NCBI GenBank assembly: GCA_028866595.1
Contig: JAGWHV010000001.1
Coordinates: 1 to 50,420 of the forward strand
Length of the DNA: 50,420 bases
Source of the DNA: Patescibacteria group bacterium
Lineage (GTDB): Bacteria > Patescibacteriota > Minisyncoccia > Phycocordibacterales > UBA6065
Direction: 5' to 3'
Both the position numbers and the translations under genes were made by a program. The notes under the pieces are model-generated. The model saw only the letters and a list, made by a program, of their open reading frames with translations. It did not search any database and was not told where the DNA came from. Shown here in pieces: positions 48,654 through 50,420 of the stretch; positions within the stretch are counted from its first letter, which is position 1; every line of letters starts with the position of its first letter.

Positions 48654-50063
48654 ATGGCACGAAACCCAATGCAAGATATCGTCCCGAAGGGGAAGTCGAT
48701 CAGGAATATCCCTCTCCCGGAGGCAAGGACCAAAACGGAGATCCGAAAGCAGGAAAAAGAGATCGCCGCGCGCGAACAAACGCTCCGCAAGGACATAGAG
48801 ACAAAACAGGAGGCCGAAGCAAAGCTCGAAGAGGACATCGAAGCGGAGCAGACCGAGCTTGATCAGGAGAAAGGCCGCAAAGAGGAGCTCCGCCGCGCCC
48901 GGCTCGAATTCGAAGCCAAGCGCGCGCGCAATAGGCGCGGTTCTAGTCGCTCTAGGAAATACACCGTCGTATACGGCGTAGGCGCTCTCGTGGCCCTCGT
49001 CGCTCTCGGCTTTATCGTCACCGCAGTATTCCGCGGCGCGACCGTGACCGTAACCCCGCACACGCTCGCTTTCACCGCTAATAGCGATATGAGCGCCAAG
49101 CAGGACGATACGAGCGGCGGCTTGCCATACCAGCTCATAGTCGCGAGCACGACAGCGAGCGAGACCATCCCGGCGAGCGGCCAGAAGCAAGTCAGCACCA
49201 AGGCCTCAGGCGTCATCGTCGTGTATAACAATTACAGCTCCACACCGCAAAGGCTCGTGGCCAACACTCGCTTTCAGACGCCTGAAGGTTTGATATATCG
49301 CATCGACAAGCCTATAACGGTGCCAGGTAAATCAGGCTCGACGCCAGGAAGCGTCGAAGCGATCGTTTACGCCGATCAACCTGGAACGAACTACAATGTC
49401 GGTCTCAAAGACTTCACCATACCAGGATTCGAAGGAGATCCGCGCTATAAAGATTTCTACGCGCGATCAAAAACTCCTCTTGCCGGCGGCTTTGTCGGAA
49501 CGCAAAGCGTCATCTCGGAGAGCGATCGAGCCAAAGCAGTAGGCGATATCCAATCTCGCCTCGCTACGGCCCTCCTCGCTCAAGCCCAAGCCCAGGTGTC
49601 CTCGAGCGATATACTTTTTGATAAAGCGTATACCATCGATTATCAGGCGCTTCCTGATCAGAACAGCACAGCGAGCCAGACGACCATCGTCGAAGAAGGC
49701 GCAATATACGCGACAGCGTTCAATACCCAGCAATTGAGCGAGGCTCTCGCTTCTTCGTATGTCCCCGGTTACAAAAACGAGCCGATCGCCGTCCAAAACA
49801 TGTCCGCTCTGACATTCACGCCGACTGCATTCCATCCCGATACCAATTCCTCCATATCTTTCCATCTCTCCGGTACGAGCACATTCGAATGGCTCTTCGA
49901 CGCAGGCGCTCTCAAGAACGCTCTCGCAGGAAAGCCGCGTTCCCAGACCCAAAACATCCTTCAGAATTTTCCCATGATAGAGAAAGCCGATATATCGATA
50001 CGTCCTTTCTGGACGAGCACGTTCCCGAGCGCGGATCGAATAACTATCAAGAAGGCGATGTAA
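48654..50063 (+). CDS. hypothetical bitopic membrane protein with charged coiled-coil N-terminus and large extracytoplasmic domain (469 aa)
   Basis: Single TM segment VVYGVGALVALVALGFIVTAVF after a Glu/Lys/Arg-rich segment. The downstream domain is beta-rich-looking. I recognise no family. Confidence 0.6.
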   Translation: MARNPMQDIVPKGKSIRNIPLPEARTKTEIRKQEKEIAAREQTLRKDIETKQEAEAKLEEDIEAEQTELDQEKGRKEELRRARLEFEAKRARNRRGSSRSRKYTVVYGVGALVALVALGFIVTAVFRGATVTVTPHTLAFTANSDMSAKQDDTSGGLPYQLIVASTTASETIPASGQKQVSTKASGVIVVYNNYSSTPQRLVANTRFQTPEGLIYRIDKPITVPGKSGSTPGSVEAIVYADQPGTNYNVGLKDFTIPGFEGDPRYKDFYARSKTPLAGGFVGTQSVISESDRAKAVGDIQSRLATALLAQAQAQVSSSDILFDKAYTIDYQALPDQNSTASQTTIVEEGAIYATAFNTQQLSEALASSYVPGYKNEPIAVQNMSALTFTPTAFHPDTNSSISFHLSGTSTFEWLFDAGALKNALAGKPRSQTQNILQNFPMIEKADISIRPFWTSTFPSADRITIKKAM

Positions 50064-50119
50064 ACTATCGAGTCTTTACTTTCTCTTTTTAATGGTTTAT
50101 ACTTTTGTCCACGTTCTAA

Positions 50120-50332
50120 ATGGCAGATCCAAACAAAACAAGCGTCCTTGGCGTCGTCACCGAAGCTCTCCCGAATACCTTTTTCAGGGTAAGACTCGAG
50201 GATGAGACCGAGATACTGACCTATCTCGCGGGAAAGATGAGGATGAATCGCATCAGAGTCCTCGTCGGCGACAAGGTGCGGGTCGAACTCGAGCCATACG
50301 GCGGGAAGGGCAGGATAATCCAGAGAATGTAA
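50120..50332 (+). CDS. infA: translation initiation factor IF-1
   Basis: [49 protein letters not shown] is the S1-like IF-1 fold sequence. Confidence 0.95.
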   Translation: MADPNKTSVLGVVTEALPNTFFRVRLEDETEILTYLAGKMRMNRIRVLVGDKVRVELEPYGGKGRIIQRM

Positions 50333-50337
50333 TCACC

Positions 50338-50420
50338 ATGCGAGTCAAATCATCCGTAAAGAAAAAGTGCGCGAATTGCAAAGTAGTCCGTCGCAAGGGC
50401 TATGTATACATCATTTGTAA
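50338..50420 (+). CDS. rpmJ: 50S ribosomal protein L36, 3' end cut by window edge
   Basis: [27 protein letters not shown] matches the L36 zinc-ribbon pattern. It is in the usual position after infA. Confidence 0.88.
   Translation, partial: MRVKSSVKKKCANCKVVRRKGYVYIIC

Overview
About 50 kb of a bacterial chromosome, roughly 55-60% GC in coding regions by my spot counts. It is almost entirely + strand housekeeping genes. In order: rpoB (5' truncated by the window edge), rpoC, dnaG, rpoD, an FKBP isomerase, a LOG-family protein, tgt, uvrB, an orphan receiver, uvrA, uvrC, ddl. Then an envelope cluster (DedA, GT4, GT2, PAP2-like), four tRNAs (three Ala isoacceptors and Val), two small secreted proteins, zwf, a flavodoxin-fold NAD(P)H dehydrogenase, ychF and a SET-domain gene. 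Then leuS, a sigma-region-4/HARE-HTH protein, mltG, mnmA, a nuclease/repair operon, a family-4 UDG, pepF, alaS, an FtsA/PilM-like pair, infA and the start of rpmJ. The standard genetic code is in use (TAA, TAG and TGA all end well-recognised genes). Domain-reduced housekeeping proteins (UvrC without the HhH2 domain, AlaRS without beta-barrel and C-Ala), the sigma4+HARE-HTH protein and many -10 boxes 6-9 nt from start codons suggest a Patescibacteria/CPR-like or similarly streamlined organism; that is inference only. No CRISPR array, transposase, integrase or rRNA was seen. The items most worth a second look are: (1) a complete Nudix hydrolase domain inserted inside leucyl-tRNA synthetase. (2) A low-GC orphan island between tgt and uvrB with a cluster of DnaA boxes in a divergent promoter region, a well-signalled mini-ORF, a GC-rich multi-hairpin spacer and a promoter-to-terminator RNA unit. 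(3) Two intergenic long-stem elements with two internal hairpins each, after rpoC and after the receiver gene. (4) An intact tRNA-Ala(UGC) nested between decayed 5' and 3' fragments of itself. (5) An operon coupling an ATP-cone/PD-(D/E)xK nuclease, a Cas4-like nuclease and a minimal MGMT domain. All product calls come from motif recognition by eye; no database search was possible.
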